Origin: an uncultured Candidatus Peribacteria bacterium | GTDB taxonomy: Bacteria > Patescibacteriota > Gracilibacteria > Absconditabacterales > Absconditicoccaceae | Direction of reading: 5' to 3' | Assembly: GCA_964545415.1 (NCBI GenBank) | Contig: CAZJFP010000001.1 | Coordinates: forward strand, 9,786-73,785 | DNA length: 64,000 bases | Shown here: piece after piece, positions 44,371 through 55,775 of the stretch | Layout: every line of letters begins with the position of its first letter | How positions within the stretch are numbered: position 1 is the stretch's first letter | Position numbers and translations under genes: made by a program | Notes under the pieces: generated by a model | What the model was told of the DNA's origin: nothing | Seen by the model: only the letters and a program-made list of their open reading frames with translations | Database searches by the model: none

Positions 44371-47300
44371 TTATTCTTGAATATCTATTCCGTGATCTTT
44401 TCTGTAAATTTCACCTACTGGCAAGAGTCTTCCAATAATAACGTTTGACTTCAAATCGGAAAGCATATCTATAGATCCTTTCAGTGATGAAGCAACCATA
44501 ACTCTGATTGTCTCCTGGAAAGATGCTGCAGAAAGCCATGAATCCGTCTCTTTTGCAATATTAGTCAATCCGAGTGCCAATCTTTTTCCTTTGGCAGCTT
44601 TCTTGCCTTCTGCTTCCAATTCCTGATTTACTTTGATAAATTCTTCATATTTGATGTATGTTCCTGGAATGAAACTACTATTTCCTGAATCTTCTATAAA
44701 GACTTTTGAGAACAATTGTTTGACGACCACTTCGATATGTTTATCATTAAGATCCTGTCCTTGAGCTCCATAAACCTTTTTAGTCTCCTTGATGATGTAT
44801 TTTTGTGCTTCAAGGTCTCCAACAATATCTTTGTACTCTTTGATGGATAATGCTCCTGTTGTCAGAATTTCTCCTTTGAAGACATCTTCTCCATCCTTTT
44901 TGATAGCATTGAGTCCTGTAACCGCTTTTACATATTCTTCTTGAATACCGAGAACGATATGATCAGCTTTTACTTCCAACACTTTTCCGCCTTCCTTTAC
45001 CTTGAGTTTGCTCTTTCCTTTGGATGCGAATATTCATCCTTTTTTCACTTCTTCCCCCTTTTTTACATCTATTTTGTACCCTGGTTTGAGTAAGTAGTTT
45101 TTTTTCTGATATTCAGAGATCACTTTCACATATCTAACTTTATTGGCTTCATAGAAGGAAACTTTTCCGTCAAATGGGGTGATAATAGCAGGCATTTTTG
45201 GATCTCTTACTTCAAACAATTGTTTTACCCTATCGATACCTGTTGTTTGTTCTCATCATTTTGCGACTCCTCATTCATGGAACGTATCGAGTGTCAACTG
45301 CGTTGATGGTTCTCCAATAGATTGCGCAGCAATGATTCCGACAGGTACTCAGATCTCAACTATTCTTCTTGTAGAAAGATCTGTTCCGTAGCATTTTTGA
45401 CAGATACCGCTGATACTGTGACATACTAATGGCGTTCTTACCTTCACCTCCTCTATTTCCATATCCTGGAGCAATTTGACATTCTCCTTATCCAAGAGAT
45501 CGTCCTTACTCAAGATAACATTTTTTTTCTTATCCAATACATCTTCTGCAAGTACTCTTCCAGCGATAATAGTGTAGAAATTCTCCCCTTTCATCTCAGA
45601 TTCCTGTTTGGAGAAAATGACATATTTTTCTGTTCCGCAATCATGTTCCCTGATGATAACTTCTTGTGACGCATCACAGAGTTTTCTCGTCAAATATCCT
45701 GATTCCGCTGTTCTCAATGCTGTATCCGCTTTTCCCTTTCTTCATGCATGCGCGGAGATGAAATATTCAATAGGTCTCAATCATTCAACGAAAGAGTTTT
45801 TGATCGGCAACTCGATAATCTCTCCTTGAGGATTAACAACTAGACCCTTCATACCTGCAATCTGCGTCATATGCGTCTGTGATCATCTCGCTCATGAATC
45901 AACCATCGTATAGAGATCCTGTCCTGGTCCAGTAATGGACTTCAAGCTCTCCTCTATCTTCTTTTTGACATCGGTCCAGATCTTAATGATGAACCTATGT
46001 TTCTCCTCTTCAGAAAAGAATCCTTTGAAATAATATTTATAGATTTCATTTGTCTTGAGATCACCTATTTTCAGTTCATCTTCTTTTTCTTTAGGCACCT
46101 TCATATCCAAGATATTTACTGATGTGGATCAGAGCGTAGCGTATTTGAATCCAAGATCCTTGATATCATCTGCGACATAGACAGTTGTCTGCATATCATA
46201 TTCATCAAATATCCTACTCAAGAGTTTTTTTAGGTCTTTATTTTTTAGCTTTGTATTGATAAATCTGATTCTTTCAGGAAGGATAGAATTGAAAATAACT
46301 CTTCCTACTGTGGTTTCTATAGGTTCTTTGTTATAATTGAGCAGTATTTTGTCTTTTACGAAGATCTCTCCGTTACCATAACTGTCCAATACATTTTCTA
46401 TGCTTGGAAAAATTCCTATAATAGGTTTTTTCTTTCGTTCCTCTTCTGTAGTATATTGCGGTGTTCTCTGATCATAAAAATCCGTAAGATAATACGCTCC
46501 AAGCACCATATCCTGGGAATGAGCGATAGTAGGATCTCCTGAACCTGGCTTCAAAATATTTTTGTCAGCTGCAATCAGCTCTCTTGCCTCTTTCTGCGCT
46601 TCGTCAGAAATAGGCAGATGGACTGCCATCTGATCTCCATCAAAATCGGCATTGAATGAAGGACATACTAATGGATGGATACGGATGGTCTTTCCTGGCA
46701 TCAATCTAATCTTAAATGCTTCGATGGACAACCTATGTAATGTCGGTGCACGATTGAGCAGAACATATTTGTCTTTGATCACTTCTTCGAGGAATTTCAA
46801 TGCTAATGGCGATTCTTCTTTGATGAGTTTCTCTGCCTGTTTAGGGGTATATACTATTTTCTTTTCGATAAGTTTTCCGATGATGAACGGCGTAAACATC
46901 TTGACCGCGATATAGATCGGCAATCCGCATTCATCCAATTTGAGCTCAGGACCAACGGTAATGATAGACCTTCCTGAATAATCCACTCTCTTTCCGAGCA
47001 AATTCTTTCTGAAGATACCTTCTTTTCCTGAAAGCATATCTGACAATGATTTGAACACTTTGATACCAGCTCCGCTGCTTCCTGCTGCACCTGCTTTTTC
47101 TCCAACCAACAAATTATTTACTGATTCCTGGAGCAATCTGATTTCGTTTTTCTTGACGACATCAGGCATTCCGACCTGGATCATTTTTTTCAATCTGATA
47201 TTTCTCATCAGTACGCGCCTATAGAACAGGTTAACGTCAGATGATGCAAATTTTCCTCCTTCCAATTGAACTACTGGTCTCAAATCAGGGGGTATGACTG

Positions 47301-48189
47301 GCAATTTTCTGATTACCATATTTTCTGGCTTAACACCGGAAACATGAAGATTGATCAATAATTTTATCAATGCAATCAATTTTTTTCTCTGCTCCTCTGA
47401 TTTGGTGTCTTTGAATATTTGGATCGTTTTTTTGATCTCTTTCTCTACATCGATATTTTGGAGCATCCTCAAAATTGATTCAGGTCCTGATTGGAATATG
47501 ATAAGGTTGGAAAATCTGGAGAAGATATTTCTGAAATCGTTTTCGAAGATAGTCGATCCTACATCTAAATCAGAGATAATAGATTTTATCCTATTGAATT
47601 CTTTTTCAAGTGTATCCTTATTGTCGTTGAAAAGTTTTTCGAGTTCTTTGAGTTTCTTTGGATTCTCTTTTTCTTTGGCAGCTTCTTCTTTGTAGAGGGT
47701 CTCAAGTTCTTTGATTTTGTTATCAAAATCCTCTTTGATCTTTTCCTTGATCTTCTTATCAAAATCTTTGTCCAGTTTCTGGACCATAATATATTTTACA
47801 AAGCTCAAAATCTTGTCTATCTCATTGGAAGAAAGACCGAGCAATTGATTGACTCCTCCTGATGGACTTGCCTTATACCATGCATGCAAAACAGGGACAG
47901 CTAATTCGATATGCCCCATCCTAGATCTCCTCACTCTCGAACTCGTGACTTCTACTCAACATCTTTCACATACGATTCCCTTATATCTTACTCCTTTGTA
48001 CTTACCACAGCTACATTCGTAATTTTTCACTGGTCAAAAAATGGATTCACAAAACAATCAACCTTGTTTAGGTTTCCCTGTCCTATAGTTGACTGTATCA
48101 GGATTATCCACTACACCATGAGACCATTTCTCGATGTCTTCCATCGCAGCAAGCCTAACAATCAATCCCTCGAATTTTGTTTTGTTCAT
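44371..48189 (-). CDS. rpoC: DNA-directed RNA polymerase subunit beta'
   Basis: Five track fragments share one frame of 1273 codons. It has the N-terminal zinc-finger region ([23 protein letters not shown]) and [12 protein letters not shown]. Confidence 0.95.
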
Positions 48190-48225
48190 ACTACGCTCCT
48201 TAGTAAGAAAATAAACGACTTATTT

Positions 48226-48304
48226 CTTAAGTGCTAAGTGTTGAATGCTAAGTGTTAAGTTGTGGTATTTTTTTATTTAGAACTTAGCACTTAGAACTTA
48301 GCAT
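48226..48304. repeat. Long hairpin with 7-nt-periodic arms between rpoB and rpoC
   Basis: The left arm is taagtgc taagtgt tgaatgc taagtgt taagtt. The loop is T-rich. The right arm is tttagaa cttagca cttagaa cttagca. The arms are largely complementary. Confidence 0.75.
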
Positions 48305-48311
48305 AATAGTT

Positions 48312-51300
48312 TTATTCAAGTTCACCAAAGTCTTCCATCTCTTGGATCACGTTATCGATAATCTCTTCTTTTTCCTGTCCGGTTGTATCTCCTTCCTCTT
48401 CAATAACTGTAGCTTCTCCTTCACCCGTGATGGTACTCTTCATAACACCAGAAAGCCCTAGATTAACGATTTTCTTGATCCTATCTTCCTGGACAACTTC
48501 CAACTCTTCTACCGTCAATGGCTCTATATTCTGACAAAGTCATTTGAATAGGTACGTCAACAAATTGAATGATTCAGGTAATCCACCAATCTTTGGTTTC
48601 TGTCCCTTGATGATAGATTCATATAATTTATTTCTTCCGATAACATCATCTGATTTGACGGTCAACATCTCTTGCAAGGTATAGACTGCAGAATATGCTT
48701 CCAATGCCCAAACTTCCATCTCTCCAAATCTCTGACCTCCTTGTCTGGACTTTCCTCCGAGCGGTTGCTGGGTAATCAATGAATATGGTCCTACAGCTCT
48801 TGCATGGATTTTATCCTCGACCATATGTACCAATTTGAGGATATGCATATATCCTACGGTCACTTTTTGATCATATTTCATACCGTTTGCACCATTGTAG
48901 ATATCAAATTTCAAATCATCGAATCCACACATCTTGGTAAGTTCCGTCAAATCTTCAGAAGAAAATTTGGAAAATGTAGGAACCGCAAAACTTACACCAA
49001 AATGCTTAGCGATAAATCCTAACTGAGATTCAAATAGCTGTCCCATGTTCATACGAGAGATTACTCCGAGAGGATTGAGACATACATCTACTGGTTTACC
49101 GTCTTCGGTAAACGGCATATCCTCTTCTGGAACAACAATAGAGATAATACCCTTGTTTCCATGTTTTCCCGCTAATTTATCTCAGACTTCGATCTTTCTC
49201 GTACTTGCGACATAGACTTTGATCTTCTTTCTCACTCCTGCCATAAGATTATCTCCTTTTTTTGCATCGAGGATGACCACATCGATCACTTTTCCTTCAT
49301 TGCTTCCTGATGGTACATATAATGAAGTATCTTTTACATTTTTTGATTTATCTCCGAAGATTGCTTGGATCAACTTTTCTTCTGGCGTCAGTTCTCCTTC
49401 AGATTTTGGCGTGATCTTTCCGATCAAAATATCTCCTCATTTGACGATAGATCCGATTCTGATTACTCCATCATCGTCCAAATTTTTGAGCTTGATCATA
49501 GAAACTCCTGGGATATCGTTTGTTGTTTCTTCAGGCCCAAGTTTGGTATCTGCTACCTCTATTTCGTATTCATCGATATTTATGGATGACAATTCATCAT
49601 CTTTTACCAATCTCTGTGAGATAACAATCGCATCCTCATAATTGTATCCTTTCCATGGCATAAACGCTATCCTCAGATTCTTTCCGAGTGCCATTTCTCC
49701 TTGTACGGAACATGGACCTTCAGCGATAAGATCTCCTTTTTTTACTTTTTGTCCTAATGACACTCTAGGGACCTGATGCATACATGATTTACTATTTGAT
49801 CTTGCGAATACTATCAGTTGGTATTCCTTTATTCCCGTCTTATATTTTATCTTGATTCTCTTTCCATCAACATAAACCACTTCTCCTTCAGCTTCTGCTT
49901 TGAGTACTGCATGAGTCATCTGTACGATATCTCTTTCCAATCCTGTTCCTACCAAAGGTGCGTCATTTTTCAATAACGGCAATGCTTGTCTCTGTTGATT
50001 GGTAGCGATAGATGCACGCACCGCATCGTTATGATCAACGAATGGAATCAATGAGGTGTTCGGTGAGAATATCTGTGATGGATTGACGTCGATATGTGTA
50101 ACATCTCCTACATGGAACATACCCATTTCATTGAATTGTCTTGCAGCAACACGGACATCCGTCATATTATTATATGCATCGATAGGTGTAGTTGCATCAG
50201 CTATACAGCATTTTTCATCCATTTCTGGCGAAATATACTCCAACTCGTTGGTGAAAAACGGTTTGACAGCAATGGTTGTTCCTAGTTTTCCATATATTTT
50301 TTCTATCTCTTTTGCTGATTTTTCATCGATATAATGATCTTCTTTGACTATTACTCTCTTGAGTTGTTTCCCTTTGGCATCCAATTCATGGATATCACGG
50401 TGAGCTATCCTATTGATCAATAATTCTTTTTTGGGAGCTACTTCACGAGCAATCTTGAGTGCTGGCGTTTCCAAAAATCATTCATCGTTGACACGAGAAT
50501 ACAATGATTGGTAAATTACCAGTCCGATATTTTGTCCTTCAGGTGTTTCGATAGGACATATTCTTCCATAATGCGAAGGGTGAACATCACGCACTTCGAA
50601 TTTGGCAGTTTCTCTTTTGAGTCCTCCAGGTCCAAGGGCAGTGATTCTTCTTTTATGTTCGATTTCTGATAGCGGATTGATCTGATCCAAAAACTGAGAT
50701 AATTGTGAAGTTGCAAAGAAACTCTTGATAGCATTATCTATAATCTTGAAGTTTACCAAATCAGTAATTTTGAGCGGACTTTCCAAATTCAAGATAGAAA
50801 GCTTTCCCTTGATGCTCTTTACGAATTTTCTCATGACCGGCTGCAGATGTGCATAGAGGATCTCTCCCATGGATCTGATACGTTTATTGGAAAGATGATC
50901 AGAGTCGTCTGTATAATATCATTTTTTAAAATTTGAGATATTGAATAAGTATTTCAATGCTCCTACAAGATCTTCACCATCGAAGATATTGGCAACATCA
51001 CCATCGAGTGGCTTCTTGATTCCTAATTTTGCATTCACTTTTCTTCTGGCAATTCTTCCCATAAAGATTCTCTCTGGAGAAAGGAATTGATTCTTGATAT
51101 AATTGAGCGCACTTTCCTGATCGATCAATTCGCCTGGTCTGACTTTGTTGTAGACAAATTCCGCTGCAGATAAAGCGTCGGTAGTACTATCTTTTTTGAG
51201 TGTTGTTTCGAGATAATTGAAATCTTCCTCATCAAACGTATCCTTGAAGAGTTCTCTAATACTTTCATCTGTCTCTAATCCAAAAATCCTGAGCAATGTC

Positions 51301-52088
51301 GTGATAGGAAATTTTCTGGATTTATTGATTCTTGCTACTACGACTCCAGATTTTTCTGTCTGGACTTCCAACCATGGTCCATTTTCAGGAATAACCTTGA
51401 ATGAATATCTAAATTCCTTTTTAGCAAAAAATATACCATATGATCTTATGATCTGGGAGATAATAACTCTCTCAACTCCATTGATAATATAGGATGCAGA
51501 CGGCGTCATTAGCGGTAAAATACCGATATTTGCACGTTTGCTGAAGAGCGTTTTTTCCGTTTTCTTCTTACCATCATCACGGACTTCATTGAGTTTTACT
51601 TTACCAGTAATGATACCTCCATAGGTCAATTCTTTTTTCTTACAGGTTTTTACATCATCGATAGGCTCAGAAATTTTGATATCATCTATCTCTACATACA
51701 TCTTTTCACCTGCTATATCCCATACTGGATTAATACTATCAAAAAGCTTATTCGTATATTTTTTGATAAAGTCATCATATCCTCTTTTCTGTAAATCAAG
51801 CAAATCAGGGAATCCGGCGAATTTTCTCGGATTACGCAAAAATATCCTCTCTCCCTCCCTATAGAAGTCTTTGAAGATTTCTGGTATCCTGATAGGTTTA
51901 CTAGGTTTGCTTATCGCCTTGGTCGGTTTAGTGAGAGACACCTTGACTGCAGCTTTTGGAGCGGCTTTTGGAGCGGCTTTTTTAGCTGGTTTATTCGTCG
52001 CTTTCGGTGCTGATTTCACTGATTTGACTACTGGTTTCTTTGTCTTTTTTATTTCTTTTTTCCCTTGAGAAGATTTTTTTTGTGTCAT
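48312..52088 (-). CDS. rpoB: DNA-directed RNA polymerase subunit beta, with K/A/P-rich N-terminal tail and acidic C-terminal tail
   Basis: Six track fragments share one frame of 1259 codons. Motifs are [23 protein letters not shown] and [16 protein letters not shown]. Confidence 0.95.
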
Positions 52089-52189
52089 ATGGGTATCTGT
52101 GATAAGAAAATAAACAATGAATATGGTCTACGCAGGTGTATTCAAGAATTTTCTCTCTCTGAAAACAAAAAAATTCAAAAACCGATGGT

Positions 52190-52345
52190 TTACGGTCTTT
52201 GAACAGTCAGTTGTTTTCTGCCTTTTCTTCTCCTTCTGCTAAGCAAGGCCCTTCAAGATGCTGTTTGCATTCTTTCCCTGAAGCCGTGCTTCGTTATTCT
52301 CTTGTTTCGGGAATATTTTCTCACCCTTCTTAGTTTGCTGGCCAT
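52190..52345 (-). CDS. rpmH: 50S ribosomal protein L34
   Basis: This 51-aa ORF is not in the track. Its sequence is [51 protein letters not shown], with one TGA Gly. Confidence 0.85.
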
Positions 52346-52385
52346 TGTACTATATTGTTAAGTGGTAAATTCTACTTTTGGTACT

Positions 52386-52434
52386 AGGTAGAAGGTATAA
52401 GGTATAAGGCCTTGTCCTTTATCCCTATTCCCTT
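52386..52434. repeat. Short hairpin with 7-nt word arms upstream of rpmH
   Basis: The sequence aggtagaaggtataaggtataagg faces ccttgtcctttatccctattccctt. Confidence 0.6.
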
Positions 52435-52445
52435 GTCTCTAATTA

Positions 52446-53012
52446 TTATTTTTTGTATTCCACGAAGCCTAATTCTCTTGCTCTCAATACCGCAGTCTTG
52501 AGCTTTTTTTGCACTGATACAGGATTGTTCGTATATGCTCTAGGCTTGATATCACCGAATCTCGTGATATATTTTCTGAGCATTACTACAGACTTCCGAT
52601 TGAGATATTTTTCATTTTTCTTGTCCGCAAAAAAGGAAACTTTTTGTCAAAGCTTCTTCGGATCCCATGTTTCTATGACTGCTCCAAGTTCTTCATTTAC
52701 TTTTGCAAATTTCAAAAACTCTTCATTCTTATCCATCTTGAAGATATAGTATCTCTTGATTGCCTTGTTGTACAAGAGATTCTTTTTGATTACATCTAAA
52801 TCTTCAGCTTCTGCCTGAATATAATATGAATACACATATGCCTTGTCATTTCAAGCTTTATTGCTTAAATTGTACCTCAATTGCTGGAGACCTATATCGT
52901 CATGTTCGACAATAGTCTTTTTGATGAGACTTTCGAATTCAGAAACGATTTCTTTGCGGTTTGTCTCTGACAACGATGCATCAACCAACAACACTACATC
53001 ATACTTTTGCAT
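52446..53012 (-). CDS. rpsF-rpsR: 30S ribosomal proteins S6 and S18 encoded as one in-frame ORF (apparent fusion)
   Basis: It has an S6-like N-terminus (MQKYDVVLLVDASLSE...LRYNL...YVYSYY), a single in-frame TGA at 52647-52649, then an S18-like C-terminus (LRKYITRFGDIKPRAYTNNPVSVQKKLKTAVLRARELGF). No TAA/TAG occurs before 52446. Confidence 0.7.
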
Positions 53013-53038
53013 TAGTTTATTATGTAAGGTGGTAAAAA

Positions 53039-53839
53039 TTACGATCCGATCGCCATTCTAACGAACGCAAGGACTTTCATGTCGGCAGGAAGTATTTCCT
53101 TGACCTTCTTGGCTCCGTCCCTGATATATTCCTGCTCAAGCAGAACGTTTTCCGCCAACGCCTTCTTGATCTTGCCGTCGACGATCTGAGCTATCATAGC
53201 TTCCGGCTTGCCGGCTGCCTTGAGTTCAGCTCCGAATTCTTCTGTCATTTTAGCTATTTCGTCCTTATCGACTTCATCGAATGATACATAGGTAGGATTC
53301 ATAGCAGTCACCTGCAAAGCAACTTCCTTGGCAGCTTCATCATTTCCTCCTTCAAAGAAAACCAAAGTCGCAACCTTATTTCCTGGATGATTGTAGATGA
53401 ACGCTTTTTTGGAAGTCACCAAAACGCCTCCTATTTTCATATTTTCTCCTGTCTTGCCCATAAACTCTTTGACTTCATTTTCTACTGTCTCAGCTAATGT
53501 AGGATCAAGATGTTCCAATGCAGAGATTTCTTTATCTCCTGCAGCAATCTTTTCGAGAATAGAATCGAACAATGCTTGAAAATTTTCGTTTTTTGCAACG
53601 AAATCTGTCTCACAAAGCAATTTGAGACCTACGGTCTTTCCGTTTTTCTCGACAATCTTGACGATGCCTTCCTTGGTTTCTCTTTCAGCCCTATTTCCTG
53701 CTTTTGCGATACCTTTCTTTTTGAGGATTTCTTGTGCTGCTTCCAGATTGTCACCTGCTTCAGCCAATGCTTCCTTGCAGTCCTTGAGAGGAGCAAAAGT
53801 GATCTCCCTCAATTGTTTCAATAGTTCTATATTGGACAT
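53039..53839 (-). CDS. tsf: Elongation factor Ts
   Basis: It has LKQLREITFAPLKDCKEALAEAGDNLEAAQEILKKKG (the UBA-like N-terminus). The 266-aa ORF is uninterrupted. Confidence 0.9.
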   Translation of the reverse strand: MSNIELLKQLREITFAPLKDCKEALAEAGDNLEAAQEILKKKGIAKAGNRAERETKEGIVKIVEKNGKTVGLKLLCETDFVAKNENFQALFDSILEKIAAGDKEISALEHLDPTLAETVENEVKEFMGKTGENMKIGGVLVTSKKAFIYNHPGNKVATLVFFEGGNDEAAKEVALQVTAMNPTYVSFDEVDKDEIAKMTEEFGAELKAAGKPEAMIAQIVDGKIKKALAENVLLEQEYIRDGAKKVKEILPADMKVLAFVRMAIGS

Positions 53840-53844
53840 AATAT

Positions 53845-53960
53845 CAATTAATAATTTAAAATTAATAATGAATAATGTATGATTTGTTTAGTTATTGACT
53901 ATAGCCTACAATCGCAATTGTCCCATCATTTTTCATTGTTCATTATTCATTTTTCATTTC
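53845..53960. repeat. Family B element, copy 3
   Basis: The sequence is aattaataatgaataatgtatga ... cctacaatcgcaattg ... catcatttttcattgttcattattcatttttcatt. It overlaps the 3' end of CDS 53943..54413. Confidence 0.75.
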
Positions 53961-54413
53961 TTTTTTTGGTTCTTCCATTTTAACTTCGAAGAGGGTCATA
54001 ATTCGCCCGCCTAGTGCATGGAATATCGCCATCTTACTTTGTTCCTCGATAGTATATTTACCATCTCGGGCACGTTTGATGAATATACCCATAAAAACCA
54101 CCATTACAATAACCAAAAATATCGGGAGATACTTGATGATAGGGAGTAGCATAAATACAGAAGTCGCTACCACTAGAAGCAGAAATATTGCCCACCATCC
54201 CAATGCTTGCTTGAGATGAAAAGATTCAAAATCACTCTTCTTTTGGTTATTGAGCGCTACGACGATGATTCCTATCAGGAGATACATCATCACTGCTCTC
54301 TTTTTCTCCGTACTGCTAGGCGTATACACCTCTTTGGAAGGTGATGCGGCAGCAATCGTTTCTAACGTTTGCCCAACAGCGTCGGACTTGATTGGTTCTT
54401 CCATATGCATCAA
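53943..54413 (-). CDS. Small integral membrane protein
   Basis: This 156-aa ORF has three hydrophobic segments. Its last codons overlap the right arm of a repeat element. Confidence 0.55.
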   Translation of the reverse strand: MMHMEEPIKSDAVGQTLETIAAASPSKEVYTPSSTEKKRAVMMYLLIGIIVVALNNQKKSDFESFHLKQALGWWAIFLLLVVATSVFMLLPIIKYLPIFLVIVMVVFMGIFIKRARDGKYTIEEQSKMAIFHALGGRIMTLFEVKMEEPKKEMKNE

Positions 54414-54454
54414 AGAAAAGATAAATTGCTCTGTGCATTGTTATAGTAAGGAAA

Positions 54455-55117
54455 TTATCTGAACATGCTATTCAGAACAAAATCCACGCTCTTATGGCTT
54501 CACATATTGGCGATAATAATGCTATCTTCTGCCCACCGTCTGGAAAAATTAGTTCCAGCGATAACAATATTCTGAATATTAGGAGTCTTTGTTATCTCAT
54601 TGATGAAATTATCCATCATCTGACCATCCAATACGATGATCAATTCTGGTTTTCTCGTAAGATTTTTTACTCCCTTATAGATTTTCAGGACTCTTGCGAG
54701 TTTTCTCTTGTATACCAACTGCTCTTTTTTGGTCAACGACAGATAATTTTCGCTGTCCACGAAACGAGCCATAGTATTCATAGATTCTATCCTTTTCTTG
54801 AGCGTCTCGAAATTTGTAAGGAATCCAGAAGGAAGTTTGTAATTGAGATAATTCACTCCGTACTTCTCACCGAGCTTCTCCAATTCGTCAGCGTACATCT
54901 TCTTTTCGGAAACGATCAAAATCTCTTTCCCGTCAGCCTTGGCTTGTTGGATTTTCTTTTTTGCGTTCTCGATCTGCTCTATGATGATTTCGGGATTGAT
55001 CACTGCTATATTGTTGACTACCCCAGCCCGATATTTGTTGGTCTTTGGGTGAGCTTCGCTTTTGAGCGTACCAATATGAGCTTGCGCCTCAATCACATCG
55101 TTTACAGATATACTCAT
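54455..55117 (-). CDS. rpsB: 30S ribosomal protein S2
   Basis: It has VIEAQAHIGTLKSEAHPK and ILIVSEKK. The ORF reads through TGA at 54500 to TAA at 54455-54457. Confidence 0.85.
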
Positions 55118-55235
55118 AATGTTTACGATTTGATAAAATAAAGTGAATTTGGAATTTATAATTTGAAATTTGCAATTTGAAAACGCATATACATCGTTTT
55201 ACAATTTACCATTTCGCCTTTCAAATTCAAAATTC

Positions 55236-55625
55236 TTACTTAAGCGTGATAGTTGCACCTTCAGCCTCCAATTTTGCCTTGATACCTTCAGCTTCTTCGT
55301 ACTTAACTTTCTCCTTGATAACGGTAGGTGCCTTTTCTACGAGATCTTTAGCTTCCTTGAGTCCAAGTCCAAGTACTTCCTTGACTACCTTGATAACTCC
55401 GATTTTTTGCTGTCCGATATCAGTCAATTCGATATTGACGGAATCAGCATTTCCACCAGCAGCTCCTGCATCTGCAGCTCCGCCAGCAGCTCCTGCAACT
55501 ACCATAGCAGCTGCGCTTACGCCAAATTCTTCTTCCAATCCTTTAACTAATTGGTTTAATTCTACCGCACCCATGTCTTTGACCAGATCCATGATCTGTT
55601 GTGCGTTCTTTGATAATTCTGCCAT
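55236..55625 (-). CDS. rplL: 50S ribosomal protein L7/L12
   Basis: It has an Ala/Gly hinge and the C-terminal domain KIGVIKVVKEVLGLGLKEAKDLVEKAP...EAEGIKAKLEAEGATITLK. Confidence 0.95.
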   Translation of the reverse strand: MAELSKNAQQIMDLVKDMGAVELNQLVKGLEEEFGVSAAAMVVAGAAGGAADAGAAGGNADSVNIELTDIGQQKIGVIKVVKEVLGLGLKEAKDLVEKAPTVIKEKVKYEEAEGIKAKLEAEGATITLK

Positions 55626-55775
55626 TCTGTATGGAATAAAGTAATAAAATACTTGATATGTTGAAGCGATCAAATAATGAAACGCTTAAACGACTAACTA
55701 TAAGATTGAAATATTGAAAGATGCAAACATTGAAAGATTAATTTTTCCATTCTCCATTTTCCAATTTTTCCATTT

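Noticed and set aside
44371-52088. rpoB, rpoC, mutL, murD, murF and others look like strings of broken ORFs in the track, which suggests massive pseudogenisation.
   Set aside because: All fragments of each gene share one frame. They are separated only by TGA, at positions of conserved glycines. This is the code-25 reassignment, not gene decay.
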